From a virus (Duplodnaviria; Caudoviricetes), in the IMG/VR virus record IMGVR_UViG_2836755666_000018, positions 10,315-74,314 of that record: a stretch of DNA of 64,000 nt. The stretch is one strand, 5' to 3'. Numbering within the stretch: position 1 is the first letter of the stretch; the number at the start of each line of letters is the position of its first letter. The notes under the pieces were generated by a model. It searched no databases. It was not told where the DNA came from and was given only the letters and a program-made list of their open reading frames with translations. The position numbers and the translations under genes are program-made. Below are positions 62,219-64,000 of this stretch, piece after piece.

Positions 62219-63614
62219 ACAAAAGACAATCGCTAAAACCTTTGCCCCTCGACCTTACCAAAACCTCATTATCAATCACCTACTCGATATCAAACGCTCA
62301 AATGTATGGGCGGGAATGGGGATGGGCAAAACAGCAGCCACACTGACAGCTTTAGAAAATCTCTATCTTGCAGGCAGTGAAACCAAACCCACATTGGTAT
62401 TAGCCCCTTTACGGGTAGCCCAATCCACCTGGCCGGATGAAGTGCTTAAATGGAACCATCTCCATAATATCGAAGTGCAACCCATCATTGGCCCCACCAA
62501 ATCACGAATGGCAGCACTCAAAAATACCCATGCCAGCGTATTTACTATCAATTATGACAATCTCGTCTGGCTGGTTGACATCCTCGGAGAAAATTGGCCT
62601 TTTGGTACGATTATTGCCGATGAGAGCACTCGGTTAAAATCATTCCGGCTACGCAAAGGGGGTAAACGCACCGCAGCCCTTGCCAAAATCGCCCATAAAT
62701 CGGTTCATCGATGGGTAAACCTAACAGGCACACCTTCACCCAATGGCCTGATGGACTTATGGGGGCAAGCGTGGTTTGTTGACCAGGGCGAACGGCTAGG
62801 CAGAACGCATAATGCGTTTACGTCTCGCTGGTTTAATCGTATCCAATTTCCTGGGCAACAATGGAGCAAATTTGAGCCTTTAGGATTTGCTAATCTACAA
62901 ATTCAGGCAGCTCTCAGGGATGTCACCTTATCCCTTAACGCCGCTGACTGGTTTGATATCGAAGAGCCGATACACAACGTTATCAACATTACGTTACCTG
63001 TAAAAGCACGAGCGCACTATCAGGCGATGGAAAAAGAACTGTTTCTTGAGTTGGGCGATAGCGCTATCGAAGCGTTAAATGCTGCTGCCAAAACAATAAA
63101 ATGTTTGCAAATTGCAGCAGGCGCTATTTATAGCGATGACAATCACAACTGGACAGAAATACACGATGCCAAAATCCAGGCGCTGGAAAGTATTGTCAAT
63201 GAAGCCGGAGGAATGCCTGTACTGGTTGCTTACCACTGGAAACATGATCTTGAAAGACTGTTAAAAGCATTTCCAAAAGGCAAAATGTTAGACGCTAACC
63301 CACAAACCCTTACGGACTGGAATAATGGCAAAATCCCGATGCTCTTTGCCCATCCTGCAAGCTGTGGACACGGCTTAAATTTACAGGACGGCGGTAATAT
63401 TCTGGTTTTTTTCTCCCACTGGTGGGACTTGGAGCAGTACCAGCAAATTATCGAACGTATCGGCCCCACCCGTCAAGCGCAAGCTGGACATAATCGTCCT
63501 GTCTTTGTCCACCATATAGTCGCTAAAGATACCCTCGATGAAGTGGTGATGGCGCGCCGTAATTCAAAACGGGCAATACAGGATTTATTACTGGAAGCGA
63601 TGAGAAGGAAATAA
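62190..63614 (+). CDS. SNF2-like helicase
   Basis: PRPYQ, MGMGKT, IADES, LTGTP, GHGLNLQ. Confidence 0.92.
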   Translation: MTKLSRLSPEQKTIAKTFAPRPYQNLIINHLLDIKRSNVWAGMGMGKTAATLTALENLYLAGSETKPTLVLAPLRVAQSTWPDEVLKWNHLHNIEVQPIIGPTKSRMAALKNTHASVFTINYDNLVWLVDILGENWPFGTIIADESTRLKSFRLRKGGKRTAALAKIAHKSVHRWVNLTGTPSPNGLMDLWGQAWFVDQGERLGRTHNAFTSRWFNRIQFPGQQWSKFEPLGFANLQIQAALRDVTLSLNAADWFDIEEPIHNVINITLPVKARAHYQAMEKELFLELGDSAIEALNAAAKTIKCLQIAAGAIYSDDNHNWTEIHDAKIQALESIVNEAGGMPVLVAYHWKHDLERLLKAFPKGKMLDANPQTLTDWNNGKIPMLFAHPASCGHGLNLQDGGNILVFFSHWWDLEQYQQIIERIGPTRQAQAGHNRPVFVHHIVAKDTLDEVVMARRNSKRAIQDLLLEAMRRK

Positions 63615-63823
63615 AAAAATGCCAACTCAAACAAGTTGGCGACGACTTAAACCAGGAGAAAATGAGTTTAATCACGAAAAAACGTGAAAGGAATAAAAAT
63701 TACCATCTGCAATAAGCATAGAAGAGAAATAAAGAATTAACCTTAAATTTACAAAAATTTATATATTAATATCAAATAGTTATCATTAGCATTACTATTC
63801 TCATTAACAATGGAGAATTCACC

Positions 63824-64000
63824 ATGTGGATTTTAATCTTAGCCATGTACGCCAGCCCTTATGCCTCAAGTGACTTTGCAAGTGTTCATACTCAGGAATT
63901 CGACACTGAAAATATGTGCCAATTCGCCGCTAAACAATTTCAGCGTGAATTGGAAACTTTCAAAGATATAGATGCCAAAGCGATTTGCGTTAAGAAATAA
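63824..64000 (+). CDS. Small hypothetical protein
   Basis: MWILILAM...MCQ...AICVKK*, RBS GGAG. Confidence 0.55.
   Translation: MWILILAMYASPYASSDFASVHTQEFDTENMCQFAAKQFQRELETFKDIDAKAICVKK

Noticed and set aside
62211-62222. 12-bp match TCGCCTGAACAA to the satellite array (about 13959-13970, minus strand)
   Set aside because: Too short to exclude chance

Overview
The whole window is prophage DNA from an AT-rich enterobacterium. The APSE-like replication genes suggest an Arsenophonus/Hamiltonella-type insect symbiont, but that is inference. A lambdoid helper prophage runs off both ends: APSE-like early/replication module at 42-64 kb, Q-lysis-packaging at 37-42.6 kb, and HK97-like head and siphovirus tail genes at 16-22 kb and <1.1 kb. 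Two ~15.2-15.4 kb capsid-forming PICI-type satellites (int, alpA x2, icd, ORF6N, primase, capsid, protease, portal, adaptors, HNH, terS, terL, no tail genes) are integrated inside helper late genes. Satellite 1 (1061-16276, 8-bp core TGTTTGTT) splits the major tail protein gene. Satellite 2 (21907-37274, 15-bp core CTTTGTTATAAAATT) splits the helper terminase large subunit gene. Precise excision restores both reading frames. The satellites share near-identical head modules and identical integrase arm-type repeats, but differ in integrase, primase C-terminal domain and origin iterons. Both carry an array of short palindromes, one identical to a palindrome inside a helper DNA-binding gene. The helper also carries an IS21 in its primase, an IS3 in an ANR-family gene, tRNA-Lys(CTT), a C4-like antisense cassette, a DprA-PRTase (ShosTA-like) pair, and BssS-like and GhoS-like genes. 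Many homopolymer frameshifts (mostly 17-35 kb) look like sequencing errors.
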